A stretch of DNA of 64,000 nucleotides from Pristiophorus japonicus. Its lineage: Eukaryota. This document shows, piece after piece, positions 36,236 to 50,066 of this stretch. The notes below the pieces were generated by a model. It made no database searches and was not told the origin of the DNA. It saw nothing but the letters and a program-made list of their open reading frames with translations. The stretch spans positions 54,436,001 through 54,500,000 of the forward strand of contig NC_091979.1 of NCBI RefSeq assembly GCF_044704955.1, in the 5' to 3' direction. Made by a program: the position numbers and the translations under genes. Numbering within the stretch: position 1 is the first letter of the stretch; each line of letters opens with the position of its first letter.

Positions 36236-37424
36236 TTGCCAGCTTTCAGTTCTATTAGTTTCTCTATTTTTTTTTTTCTACATGTATTAATTACATTAAA
36301 TTCCTCACCCTCATTCGACCCTCAGTTGCCCACTAATTTAGATATGCTTTTGGCATCTTCTACTGCGAAGGGCCGAATGGCCTACTCCTGCACCTATTTT
36401 CTATGTTTCTATGTTTCTATGTTTCTATTTGTTTAAAGTTTCTGCCATTTCCTTATTCCCCATAATAATTTCTCCTGTCTCACCCTCTAAGATACCAACG
36501 TTTAATTTTGCTACTTTCTTCCTTTTCACATACTTTTTGAAGCTCTTACAATCTGTTTTTATATTTCTTGCTAGTTTTCTCTGTCTATTTTTTCTCTCGA
36601 TCAATTTTTTGGTCATTCTTTGCTGGTTTCTGAAACACTCTCAATTATCAGGCTTACTACTACTCTTCGCAACATTATAATCATCTTTCAATCTAATGCT
36701 ATCCTTAACTTCTTTAATTCGCCACGGATGGATCACTTTCCCGTGGAGTTTTTGTTTCTCAATGGAATGTATATTTGGTGAGAATTATGAACTATTTCTT
36801 TAAATGCTAGCCACTGCTTATCTATTGCCATACCTTTTAATCTATCTTTCCAATCTACCTTAGCCAACTCGCCCTTCATACCTATGTAATTGGCTTTATT
36901 TAAATTTAAGACTCTAGTTTTGGACTTGGGCAACTCACTCCCAAATATAATGTGAAATCCAACATATTATGATCACTCTTCCCTAGAGGATCCCTTACTA
37001 TGAGATTGCTAATTAACTGTCTCATTACACAAAACATGATCTAAAATAGCCTGTTCCCTGATTGGTCCCATGACTTATTGTTCTTGGAAACTCCTGAATG
37101 CATTCCATGAACTACCTTTGCCAATTTGATTTGTCTAGTTTATATGAAGATTAAAGTCCCCCACGATTATTGCATTACCTTTGTTACGAGCTCCTACTAT
37201 TTCTTGATTAATATTCTGTCCAACGGTATAGCTACTGTTCGGGAGCCTATATACTACTCCTACCAGTGTTTTCTGCCCCATATTATTCCTTATCTCCACC
37301 CATATCGATTCTACTTCCTGATCTACCGAGCCAAAATCCTTTCTCTCTCCTTCCTTATGTCATCCTTTATTATCAGGGCTCCCACCCCACCTTTTCCATT
37401 CTGCCTGTCTTTTCAAAATCATTA

Positions 37425-39480
37425 ATAAAGCAACTGTAGATGTTTTGGTCAAGGACACTACCTTGGGGAACTTCAACAGCAATGCCCTGGGGTTGCGATG
37501 ACTGGCCTCTGACAATAACAAAGATCTTCCTTTTCATCAGTTATAACTCCAGCTATTGGAGAGTTTCCCCTTGACCATTGACCTCAGTTTTGCTGGGCTC
37601 CTTGGTGCCATTCTAGATCAAATGCTGCATTGATGTCCAAGGACAGTTACTCTCAGCTCTCCTTCGGCATTCAACTCTTATTTCCATGTCTGGATCAAGG
37701 CCTGGCATATGGGGCCCAAGTTTCCACACGCGCCTAGAACGGCGCAGTCCCGACCTGGACGCCCGTTTTTCGCGCCACAAAGTGCGCCTAAAAAAATCCT
37801 CGGTATTCTCCACCTACCTGCAGGTCCTCTGGCCCTCGGCGCAGCCAGCACGAGCTGTGGGGGGGCGGAGCCAGGTCCCTGCGCTGAAAACAGTGCCGGG
37901 ACCTCTGCACATGCGCGCTACAGTGGGCACGCATGTGCAGTAGCTCCAGGCGCCGAACTGTGTGGGAGGAGCCGAAGCACACAGCCCCTAGCCCTGGCTG
38001 AATGGCCTCACTTGGACTGTGTGAATAAGGCTCCTCCCACGGCCAGCTCCTGCTCCCCCCCCCCCCCCCGACCAGACCAGACCCGACACTCGCTCCCCCC
38101 TGCCTCCGGACAAGACCCGACACCCGCTCCCCACCCCCCCCCGCCTCCGGACCAGACCCGACATCCGCTTCCCCCCCCGACCCGACCCGCGCTCCTGTTC
38201 CCGCTCCGCCCCCCCCCCAACCCCCGACTGGACTCGACCCGACCCGCGCTCCTGTTCCCGCTCCCCGACCCGACCCGACCCGCGCTCCTGTTCCCGCTCC
38301 CCGACCCGACCCGACCCGCGCTCCTGTTCCCGCTCCGCCCCCCCCCCAACCCCCGACTGGACTCGACCCGACCCGCGCTCCTGTTCCCGCTCCCCGACCC
38401 GACCCGACCCGCGCTCCTGTTCCCGCTCCCCGCCCCCCCCCCCCCCCCCGACTGAACCCGACCCGACCCGCGCTGCCCTCCTGTTCCCGCTCCCTGCCTG
38501 GACCCGACCCGACCCGCGCTCCTGTTCCCGCTCCCCGATTGGACCCAACCCGACCCGCGCCCCCGACCCGACCCGACCCGACCCCCCCCCCCCCCCCACT
38601 GGACCCGACTCCCGCTCCCGGACTGGATCCGACCTGACCTCCCCCCCTCCCTCTCTCTGGTCCCCCCCCCTCCCTCTCCCTCTCTCTTTCCCCCCCCCCT
38701 CTCTCTCTCTCCCCTCCCCTCGCTCTCTCTCTCCCTCTCTCCCCCCCCCCACCCCCCCCGACCCGAACCGAACCTCCCCGACCCGACCCAACCCAACGCC
38801 ACCTACCTGTAAATCTGGTGCTGAGGACGGGCCCTGCCCGAAGTCTCGGGCCGGCCCGTTCAGCCTTCGAATCCCGAAAGGCCTGCCTGAAGCACTTTCA
38901 CACAGGTAGGAAGATGGTTTATTTAATCTTTTCTTTGCTTATAAATGTTTATTCAAGTTGGATTTATTTGTATAAGTATAAATAAGGATTTATTATAGAA
39001 TTTAATGACTTCCCTCCCCCCCCCCCCACCTCGTTCTGGACGCCTAATTTGTAACCTGCGCCTGATTTTTTAATGTGTAGAACAGGTTTTTTCAGTTCTA
39101 CAAAAATCTTCACTTGCTCCATTCTACTTTAGTTTGGAGTACGTTTTCACTGTGGAAACTTTCAAATCAGGCGTCAGTGGCCGGACACGCCCCCTTTTGA
39201 AGAAAAAATTCTGTTCCAAAGTAGAACTGTTCTACCTGACTAGAACTGCAGAAAAAAAAATGTGGAGAATTGCGATTTCTAAGATAGTCCGTTCTCCACC
39301 AGTTGCTCCTAAAAATCAGGCGCAAATCATGTGGAAACTTGGGCCCATGGTCTGGAGCCAAGTGGTTGCGGTGAAAACTGAACTGAACTTCAGTGAACAG
39401 GTTTTTTGTGTTACTTTATGGGACTATTGGTAACGCCTTCCGTCACTTTGCTGACAATTGGGAGGAGACGATTCGGGCAC
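37425..39480 (-). mobile_element. Old LINE fragment (family of 47745-49508) split by a MITE
   Basis: Joined flanks of the MITE match the reverse complement of ~48220-48360. Confidence 0.6.
37712..39346. mobile_element. Harbinger MITE with C-rich minisatellite core (~38040-38790)
   Basis: Perfect TIRs gggcccaagtttccaca / tgtggaaacttgggccc; perfect TSD ATG. Confidence 0.92.
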
Positions 39481-41125
39481 TAATTGGCTAGTTTGTCAGA
39501 GTGGCAGGGCAAGGGTTGACACTGTAAATTTCTCATGTGATAAGCTGCACTTTTGAGGGCCTGGGTGGATAGTTGGGGGAGCGGAATAGCAAGGAAAAAT
39601 CTGAGTGTTATACATCAAACCTTTCTCCTGCAATTTCCTGTCAGCAAATGTGCATAGCAGCTTTTTGAAGTTTTGAAAAGATCTTGGAGAAATTAAAGGA
39701 AAAGTGCATAATATCTCTCCCTTGCCAAAACATCATCATGTATTGAATTGTAGCAGGACATTAATTATGAGAAAGTAAGGCAAGGGTCTCTTGGCATTAT
39801 GAACATCATTAATGATCAAGGAGTACTAGTTATATCGGAGTCATAAAAAGACAATATTGTGAGGTAGGCAGAGTATTATTTTCATAGCCAATGAGATTAC
39901 TCCACTGCTATGCTGCACCCTGATTTGTAGCGTCAATTGTGAGATGGAATGGCAGTGATGAGGAAAATAAAAATTATAGGAAATGTAGGTGGCAATTGAA
40001 GCTGACATTAGTTGTGGAGGTTCCATTGAGTGACATGCTGAGGGTTTGATGAGCAAGTGGGGGGGAATCGAGATAGATCTTAAGGATAGACAGGGCATGT
40101 ACCTTTGTGTCTATGTTCGGTCAAAGTATGGCCGCAGACCTAGTACAGGAGAAAACGGTTAATATTCTTGGTGCAGTGAAGTAATTTCTGGAATAACTGA
40201 AGTTTATGCTGAAGGATGGCCTTCACCTGAACTGCAATGGTGCCAATGCATTTGCACGGCTAAATAGCAGTGTAGTAGACTTTGGTCTCAAACATCAATG
40301 AGACAAATAACTAGTTAATCTAGATTTTGGTAGTGTTTGAAGAAAGAATCGTGGTCAACACATCGGGAGATCTGCGTGTTTGTTTCTAATAGTGCCATGA
40401 TATCATTAATGCCCCTCTGAGCCACTGGAATAGGAAAAAAATATGTCAGTTTAATGTGCTCTTTTAAGCCGACAATGGCATAGGAGGCACAAATGCTGCA
40501 TTGCAAGATACCGTGATATTTGTGTGTGTCTGATTGAGTAAAAGGGGACATGACAAAACATGGACAGGATGGTACTAGTCCTGAGCGTGTTGGAGGCATT
40601 TTGCTTCATATCATCAATGCTGTTACAGGCACTGATGTCCACGGAGGCCTCCTCAAAGTGAGTCAAAGATTTCAAATTTCTCGGGCTCTCCTGCTGTTCA
40701 TATCATGTGCCCTCCTGTTGATCAAGCTGAGGTACTGTAAGCCGAAGGAGCACAGTGACAGACGTGTGCCCAATGTGTAGCACATTCTGTGCGTCAGTAG
40801 CTGGCCATGAATCCGGCAACTAGTGATTTGATGTGTTAAGCCCCTAAAAGACGTCATTGTGCCAAGGGTTTCACTTGCAAGTTGCAGCTTGCATTACTGT
40901 GCTGCTGGAGTGTGAACATGTAGGGTAAGTAATGATCCAGGTGTAAATTGTTCCAAGGTTTTGATATGGACCCGATTTTAAAATATTGATTCTGAACATT
41001 AGCTGCATGCATATTTGGGCCATCTGCATGACATGATACTGTGATAGAATTGTATCTCAGTAGCTTTTGTATGATCTGCCTCTACATGTTCTTCATGCAG
41101 CAACACCTCCACATACATGTATATA

Positions 41126-41257
41126 NNNNNNNNNNNNNNNNNNNNNNNNNNNNNNNNNNNNNNNNNNNNNNNNNNNNNNNNNNNNNNNNNNNNNNNNNNN
41201 NNNNNNNNNNNNNNNNNNNNNNNNNNNNNNNNNNNNNNNNNNNNNNNNNNNNNNNNN
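41126..41257. other. Assembly gap
   Basis: Run of N. Confidence 0.99.
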
Positions 41258-42754
41258 TGTGTTAGTGCAGTGGTCTTACTTTATAATACTTTTGTGTGAA
41301 GGATTCCTGTTTATTCAAGCAATTAAGAAGACATGGCCCAGTAATGTGTATCTTTTGAATGAGATCAATCTTTGTAAAAATTATAAACTAGAAAATTGTC
41401 CCTTTTTCATTCACATTATATTGATGAACTACAATTGGTAAATATGAAATTTAGTGTAATATAAACTGATGAAGTATTGCTTATAAAAGCACAGTACCTA
41501 TCATGGTGCAATATAGCTGAATGTAATTGCAGCTATGAAGCTCGCAATTATAAACATCGATTATCCAGATTTTAAGTCCACTGCACTTGTCAATGAAAAA
41601 TTCCAAGAAGCAAATCTTGATCGCACATAAAGCTAGGTATTTATCTCTCCAGTTGTCACTAGGAGACGTTTCTTCTGTTTTATGGAATATTAAATCAAAG
41701 GCACCCCATAATTAATTTTTGTTTCTCTCAATGAAGCAGAAGTAAAATAACATATCCTAGAGAGGAAAAGATTCCCAGCTAGATAAATTGTGAAGATGTA
41801 TATTTATAATGAAGGGTAATAACTAGAATTTCCCAATTTGTATACTTTATAATGCTGACTGCCTAGTTACTAATTCTATGATTTGTTAGGATTAGAAACA
41901 AATTTCAAAGTGGGTCAGTGTAATAGATATTTTATTTAAATTCTTCTTTATTTGGGCAACCTATGCACACTTTAAAAATAGCTACACTTGACAAAAAGAA
42001 ATCTAATGCTAAACTTTTGTTCTGTTATCTCACACTAGGCACAGTTCTGTGTGACCTGCTCCTGTGTCTTATAAAGCCCCCAGAGCTTGAAAAAAATACC
42101 ATTAATTCATTTTTCCCTCTACTTTCAATTTTCAACTACTTTCAATTTCCCACTACCTTCAATCAGTTAAATGCTTCAATCTCATGTCTTGGCAATAAAC
42201 TGGAGGACCCAAGAACCCTTATTAATGTCAAAACTGCCCTTTTCAGGGCATAGAACAGACACGTTTTAATAAAAACTGTAACAAGGTGCTCAGCTGTCTA
42301 GTTGGTACTATAAAGAAAATATTCTAGAGAACTATAAACACCGAAAATAATTAAGCTAAAAAGAATTATTTCTTAAAGAAAAGCTGCTTAATCTATATTA
42401 GTGCCTACCCCAGAACCAAGAAATATCTCATTAGAGTCCTTGGGCTGGAAATTCGGTTGTGCTGTGCCTCTGTTGGCGCCTCTGCCGGGAAATTTGGTGC
42501 CGCATTTGCGATGGCACAAAACACTACTGCCTCTATCTCTACTTTCATTCAGGTCATGACGTCAGTTGTCGTGCAACATCCCGCTAGCGCCCCGGTCGCA
42601 AAATTAGGTTGATCCGCCTCATTTAGTATCTGACCCGAATCATGCCTGAGAAACCAGGCGGTTCCGCCTTCCATTGGCGCTATCTGCAGCGTATTTAATG
42701 AGAGGGGGAATCATAAATCGGAGGGCACATTGAGCTCAACATTTTCGCACAGCA

Positions 42755-44978
42755 CATAGAAACATAGAAAATAGGTGCAGGAGTAGGCCATTTGGCCCTT
42801 CTAGCCTGCACCGCCATTCAATGAGTTCATGGCTGAACATGCAACTTCAGTACCCCATTCCTGCTTTCTTGCCATACCCCTTGATCCCCCTAGTAGTAAG
42901 GACTGCATCTAACTCCTTTTTGAATATATTTAGTGAATTGGCCTCAACAACTTTCTGTGGTCGAGAACTCCACAGGTTCACCACTCTCTGGGTGAAGAAG
43001 TTTCTCCTCATCTCGGTCCTAAATGGCTTACCCCTTATCCTTAGACTGTGACCCCTGGTTCTGGACTTCCCCAACATTGTGAACATTCTTCCTCCATCTA
43101 ACCTGTCTAAACCCATCAGAATTTTAAGCGTTTCTACAAGGTCCCCTCTCATTCTTCTGAACTCCAGTGAATACAAGCCCAGTTGATTTAGTCTTTCTTG
43201 ACTAAAGGTCATTCCCGCCATCCCGGGAATCAGTCTGGTGAACCTTCGCTGCACTCCCTCAATAACAAGAATGTCCTTCCTCAGGTTAGGAGACCAAAAC
43301 TGTACACAATACTCCAGGTGTGGCCTCACCAAGGCCCTGTACAACTGTAGCAACACCTCCCTGCCCCTGTACTCAAATCCCCTCGCTATAAAGGCCAACA
43401 TGACATTTGCTTTCTTAACCGCCTGCTGTACCTGCATGCCAACCTTCAATGACTGATGTACCATGACACCCAGGTCTTGTTGCACCTCCCCTTTTCCTAA
43501 TCTGTCACCATTCAGATAATAGTCTGTCTCTCTGTTTTTACCACCAAAGTGGACAACCTCACATTTATCCACATTATACTTCATCTGCCATGCATTTGCC
43601 CACTCACCTAACCTATCCAAGTCGCTCTGCAGCCTCATAGCATCCTCACAGCTCACACTGCCACCTAACTTAGTGTCATCCACAAATTTGGAGATACTAC
43701 ATTTAATCCCCTCGTCTAAATCATTAATATACAGTGTAAACAGCTGGGGCCCCAGCACAGAACCTTGCGGTACCCCACTACTCACTGCCTGCCATTCTGA
43801 AAAGTACCCATTTACTCCTACTCTTTGCTTCCTGTCTGACAACCATTTCTCAATCCATGTCAGCACACTGCCCCCAATCCCATGTGCTTTAACTTTGCAC
43901 ATTAATCTCTTGTGTGGAACCTTGTCGAAAGCCTTCTGAAAGGCCAACTATACCACATCAAATGGTTCTCCCTTGTCCACTCTACTGGAAACATCCTCAA
44001 AAAATTCCAGAAGATTTGTCAAGCATGATTTCCCTTTCACAAATCCATGCTGACTTGGACCTATCATGTCACCTCTTTCCAAATGCGCTGCTATGACATC
44101 CTTAATAATTGATTCCATCATCTTACCCACTACCGATGTCAGGCTGACCGGTCTATAATTCTCTGTTTTCTCTCCCTCCTTTTTTAAAAAGTGGGGTTAC
44201 ATTGGCTACCCTCCACTCGATAGGAACTGATCCAGAGTCAATGGAATGTTGGAAAATGACTGTCAATGCATCCGCTATTTTCAAGGCCACCTCCTTAAGT
44301 ACTCTGGGATGCAGTCCATCAGGCCCTGGAGATTTATCGGCCTTCAATCCCATCAATTTCCCCAACACAATTTCCCGACTAATAAGGATTTCCCTCAGTT
44401 CTTCCTCCTTACTCGACCCTCTGACCCTTCTTATATCCGGAATGTTGTTAGTGTCCTCCTTAGTGAATACCGAACCAAAGTACTTGTTCAATTGGTCCGC
44501 CATTTCTTTGTTTCCCGTTATGACTTCCCCTGATTCTGTCTGCAGGGGACCTACATTTGTCTTTACTAACCTTTTTCTCTTTACATATCTATAGAAACTT
44601 TTGCAATCCGTCTTAATGTTCCCTGCAAGCTTCTTCTCGTACTCCATTTTCCCTGCCCTAATCAAACCCTTTGTCCTCCTGTGCTGAGTTCTAAATTTCT
44701 CCCAGTGTCCGGGTTCGCTGCTATTTCTGGCCAATTTGTATGCCACTTCCTTGGCTTTAATACTATCCCTGATTTCCCTTGATAGCCACGGTTAACCCAC
44801 CTTCGCTTTTTTATTTTTATGCCAGACAGGAATGTACAATTGTTGTAGTTCATCCATGCGGTCTCTAAATGTCTGCCATTGCCCATCCACAGTCAACCCC
44901 TCAAGTATCATTCACCAATCAATCCTAGCCAATTCACGCCTCATACCTTCAAAGTTACCCTTCTTTAAGTTCTGGACC
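42755..44978 (-). mobile_element. 5'-truncated CR1
   Basis: ORF2 segments 42847-43947 (366 aa), 43948-44130 and 44153-44746; aacatagaaacatag tail. Confidence 0.95.
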
Positions 44979-45055
44979 ATGAGTGAACCTCTGACTTTAA
45001 ATCTGAAGAAGTATCTGCCATTACAGGGTCCTTACAGCTTGAGTGAAATAATTTA

Positions 45056-45452
45056 ATGGGTGCAGTACTAGTTCGGCAGCATCGCTACTCCATGCTCTGG
45101 TTCGGCGACGTGAAGATAGAAGGACTCTTGGCTATGCAGGGCCACGAATGAGGAGAGGCTGCGGAAGTCTGGACAGGAGGTTTTACCCGTTCCCCCCCCC
45201 CCCAACAAGTTTACAGGCAACAACACTCATCTCAGGAGAAGGATGCACTTCCAAGAGGAAGTGTTGAAAGAGATATGCCATCTCCCACAGGCAGATCTTA
45301 AGCCTCAAGTCGGGAGCAGGAGAACGAGGAACAGGAGCCTGGCGAGGTCCCGAATGGCCAGCCACACCAAGAGGAGCACCATCCATGGAGGAGGCAGCAT
45401 GGTAATGCTGCCAGTGCAAGAGCCATACGTCAGCAGCTCATAATGCATCGGG
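45056..45452 (+). pseudogene. Harbinger transposase N- and C-terminal remnants, catalytic core deleted
   Basis: MGAVLVR.., RRMHFQEEVLKEICHLPQADLKPQ (N-terminal RxRF..E...IC.LL..DL.P motif) joined to an acidic tail EQENEEQEP..ASARAIRQQLI. Confidence 0.6.
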
Positions 45453-47744
45453 TCTCTTGAATGGAGGAAGCTGAGGGATGCAGCTAATACTGACTGTGCT
45501 ATGTGCCACCATGATGACACATCTCCGTTAAAGTCATACTCAAGACGCCAATGCAAAACAGTCAAAGTAAAATTTTATTAATGACATCAACATAGTCGCC
45601 TCAAACACCACAACCAAAGCCCTTCCTAGCAAGTAACAAAACAAAAACACAATGTCCCATTGGAAGACCTTCAATGAAATTAAACATATGGACAAAGGCC
45701 CCTTCCGTTAGTCATCCCACAGCAGCATCCATGTAGCATATTAGGCACACACACTCAACAATAAATGGTGTCACACAATGCGATGACATATTTAGAGCCA
45801 GTATTTACATGATGAGGACATCTGTGCATGATGGGTAAAGTCCTCAATCAGACTGTTGCTGACATTTCCCACCCCTCACCTTTACCCTCCTCCCACACCT
45901 AGTGCTGCTCCACAATGTGGCCTCAGTGCCTACAGCAACGCTGCTTGAGGTCTGCTGTGTGTGAGGGGCAGACAGTACAGATGGCCGAGCAGGACGCCCT
46001 GGACCAGCTCTGGGCCTGGAAGGCCAGGCTGCAGACTCCACCGCCTCAGCATCGGCAGCAGCAGTCTGGGATGGCTCTGGTGTAGACTATGGCAGAGGCA
46101 GAGTGGCAGTGGTGGGAGCCAGAATGCTGTCATCTTGAGAAAGGACAGTACCTTCCATTTCCAGCGGCCCACTGCCACTAACCCAGGGCAGAACGTCAGC
46201 AATGTGAGCACACATTGCTAGCCTGCTTTGGCACAGTCACTTCCCCGTCGGACTGTGGAGAACACAGAGAGGATGGCAGCAGTCAGTGTGTCCATAGCAT
46301 CACTCTGCAACTGAGTCAGAGCACACTGAGCCTGAAACGCAGCAGTTTGCGAGTTCATGCCAGCAATAACTGACAGCATCAATCATAAAGTCCTTGCGTG
46401 GCTTGGACCTGTGATGCGATTGCTGCTGGCCACGTCTTCCATGGCACGCAAATTCCTTCTGGGACTCCACTATCACTTGTTGGGCCCATTTCCCTCTGTA
46501 AGCGGAAAAGATGGGCTTGGGATCTATTGTGGGCTTCGGAGCATGTGCATTTCATCTTGCATTTTAGCGCTGAGGTTTTCAGTTGCAGTGCCGAGCACAG
46601 ATGGGAACGCCTGATTTAGGGCCCCTTTTCATCCAGCTGCAATTCAATCAAATCGAAGGTGCAAACTTTTGGAGGGCGCTATATTTGCCGCCCTGCCATG
46701 AACAACGCTGCAAACTGGCTGGAATTTCCAGCCCAAGTACCTTAACTCCAAACAAAATGGAGCATTGTACCTTGGTTGAATCCTTAGACTCTGACTCTGG
46801 CAAAGAAAGCAAACATGTCATAATGCACTGTCGGGGTGTGAGCACTGATCTATTTGCCCAGGCGAGCTCCAGTCCCAGCCATAAGAAACACGGCGATAGA
46901 TATACATCTTCCAGTAAGAGAAGTAATACAGACATACAGTTGTCTGCAATTTTCAGGGATTGATCTCTGGTGTAACCATGCTGATGAGGTTCAAGTGCAT
47001 GGATCTGTAACTACAGAAAATTAAGCTGAGAGGATGGCTACTTCAACTTGCTTCAAACGTTGTAAGAAGTGCAACACTTAACTCACGACTGCAAACAGAT
47101 ATCAGAAGTGTTCATGCTGTGTCTCTCTAAAGCATTATTCTGTTGTCAAATTTACTAAGGAATTTCAAGTCAAACTTGCTAGCTTACAATTAACAAGATA
47201 TTGATAAAGAAAGAACCTCCAAAAACAATGTTAAAAGCATAACAAAAAAAAAACGTGTTCCCTGGAAATCTGAGGATTTACAGATTGCAGTACACAGAAA
47301 AGTGGTATGGTAGAAATCAGCTCCACATTTACAGAAGTATTTAATGCTTGTGCACATTAGGTAATAACGTTGTCCGTCTTGGGGATTCTATAGTCCAGGT
47401 TCCTCCAAATTTTTCATTAGCTGCTCCTTATGAATTTATAGGGATTTCCTAAGGCCATCTCTCTCTGGGCCACAGAGTAACGGAAGAAAACTCCGAAGAT
47501 AGAATGAATGTGTCGAGTTCACCAACATTCATCAGAACATCAGGCAGATGCTACAGTATCCATTATGGGACACTAATCCGAGCTACCTGAATGGGAATCC
47601 ATATGTTTGAACATCTTGGATTGCAGGACATATGTGCAAGTGTTATCTATGCCTGCACAGCAAGGCACCATACACATTGGGCAGGGCTTGTTCATCTTGG
47701 GGCTTGATCAATCAGAATCTTTTCCATCAAAATGTCTTGCCATT

Positions 47745-49508
47745 AATTGAAGACCAAATGCAGTCTGTGATACTCCAGCAGCAGGTGCCAGTACATAACC
47801 ATCTTCAGCCAGAAGTGCTGTGGAATATCCATAATAGGCCTCCTCCTGAGGTCCCCACCACCACAGAAGCCAGTTTTCAGCCAATTCGATTCACTCCACG
47901 TGATATCAAGAAGTGGCTGAACGCAGTGCATATAGCAAAGGCTATGGGCTTCGACAACATCCCAGCTGTAGTGCTGAAGACGTGCTCCAGAACTAGCCGC
48001 GCCTCTAGCTAAGCTGCCTCTAGCCAAGCTGTTCCAGTACAGCTACAATACTGGCATGTACCCGACAATGTGGAAAACTGCCCAGGTATGTCCTGTCTAC
48101 AAAAAGCAGGACAAATTCAATCTGGCCAATTACCGCCCCATCAGTCTACTCTCAATCATCAGTAAAGTGTTGGAAGGTTTCGTCGACAGTGCAATCAAGC
48201 GGCACTTACTCACCAACAACCTGCTCACCGATGCTCAGTTTGGATTCCGCCAGAACCACTCGGCTCCAGACCTCATTACAGCCTTGGCCCAAATATGGAC
48301 AAAAGAGCTGAATTCCAGAAATGAGGTGAGAGTGACTGCCCTTGACATCAAGGCAGCATTCGACCGAGTGTGGCATCAAGGAGCCCGAGTAAAATTGAAG
48401 TTAATGGCAATCAGGGGGAAAACTCCACACTGGCTAGAGTCATATCTAACACAAAGGAAAATGGTTGTGGTTGTTAGAGGTCAATCATCTAGCCCCAGGA
48501 CATCACTGCAGGAGTTCCTCAGGGCAGTGTCCTCGGCCCAACCATCTTCAGCTGCTTCATCAATGACCTTCCCTCCATCAAAAGGTCAGAAGTGGGGATG
48601 TTTGCTGATGATTTCACATTCAGTTCCATTCGCAACTCCTCAGAAAATGAAGCAGTCCATGCCAGCATACAGCAAGACCTGGATGACATTTAGGCTTAGG
48701 CTGATAAGTGGCAAGTAACATTCACGCCACACAAGTGCCAGGCAATGACCATCTCCAGCAAGTGAGAGCCTAATCACCTCCCCATGATATTCAACAGCAT
48801 TACCATCGCTCAATCCCCCACCATCAACCCATCAACATCCTGGGGGGTCACCATTGACCAGAAACTTAACTGGCCCAGCCACTTAAATACCGTGGCAACA
48901 AGAGCAGGTCAGAAGCTGGGTATTCTGTGGCGAGTGTCTCACCTCCTGACTCTCAAGCCTTTCCACCATCTACAAGGCACAAGTCAGGAGTGTGATGGAA
49001 TACTTTCCACTTGTCTGGATGAGTGCAACTCCAACAACACTCAAGAAGCTGGATACCATCCAGGACAAAGCAGCCCACTTGATTGGCATCCCTCCATCAC
49101 CTTCAACATTCACTCCCTCTACTACCGACGCACCATGGCTGCAGTGTGTACCATCTACAAGATGCACTGCAGCAACTCGCCAAGACTTCTTCGGCAGCAC
49201 CTCCCAAACCCGCAACTTCTACTACCTAGAAGGACAAGGGCAGCAGGCGCATGAGAACACCATCACTTGCAAGTTCCCCTCCAAGTTACACTCCATCCTG
49301 ACTTGGAAATATATTGCCGTTCCTTCATTATCACTGGGTCAAAATCCTGGAACTTCCTCCCTAACAGCGCTTTGGGAGTTCCTTCACCACAAGAACTGAA
49401 GTGGTTAAAGAAGACAGCTCCACTACCACCTTCTCAAGGGCAATTGGAGATGGGCAATAACTGCTGGCTTCACCAGCGATGTCCACATCCCAGGAACGAA
49501 TAAAAAAA
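47745..49508 (+). mobile_element. 5'-truncated CR1/L2-group LINE
   Basis: [50 protein letters not shown]; short A tail. Confidence 0.9.
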
Positions 49509-49519
49509 CATATTGGAGT

Positions 49520-50066
49520 CAAGGGTTGGGTAGTGGAGCGGGAGCTGGGGGGGCGTCGGGCAGCAGAGCGGGAGCTGGGGGGGGGTCGGGCAGCGGAGCG
49601 GTGGTTGGGGGAGTGGGCAGCGGAGCGGGAGCTGCGGGGGCTCGGGCAGTGGAGCGGGTGCTGGGGGGTTGGGGGGGGGAGTGAGAGAGTGTGAGCTGAA
49701 CAGGGGAGGAAGCTGGAGCCCACAGCCAGAGCAGGAGCTGAAGAGGAGGGAGGTGCAGTCTGATCTTCACCGCCCCAGTGAGCTTATTCGGCCAGAGCTA
49801 GGGGTGGCGTGCTTCGGGCCCCTCCCACACCGTTTCGGGCGCCTGGAGCTTACTGCACAAGCGCGGCCACTGCAGCGCGCATGTGCAGAGGTCCCGGCAC
49901 TGTTTTCAGCGCAGGGACCTGGCTCCGCCCACCACAGCTCATGCTGCGCCGCGCCGAGGGCCTGGATCGACCTGAGGGAGTGGAGCATACCGAGGTAAGT
50001 TTTCGGCGCAGTTTTGAGCGCGGAAATCAGGCGTGGCTTGCGGGGCGCAGCCCGAAACTTGACCCC
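49520..50066. mobile_element. Truncated Harbinger MITE (one arm plus G-rich repeats)
   Basis: Reverse complement of the arm at 8443-8760; ends gaaacttgacccc. Confidence 0.75.

Larger units (their letters stand above)
28840..37420 (-). mobile_element. CR1 LINE split by sense-strand CR1 insertions (segments ~28840-30295 and ~36237-37420)
   Basis: ORF2 peptides in both segments; the junction ggtccctggggatt...gccagctttcagttctattag is contiguous ORF2 sequence. Confidence 0.8.
42442..46734. mobile_element. Internally deleted, formerly autonomous Harbinger transposon
   Basis: TIRs gggctggaaattc / gaatttccagccc; transposase remnants on + strand; decayed second gene probably on - strand (~45850-46500); CR1 inserted at 42755-44978. 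TSD not evident. Confidence 0.7.
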
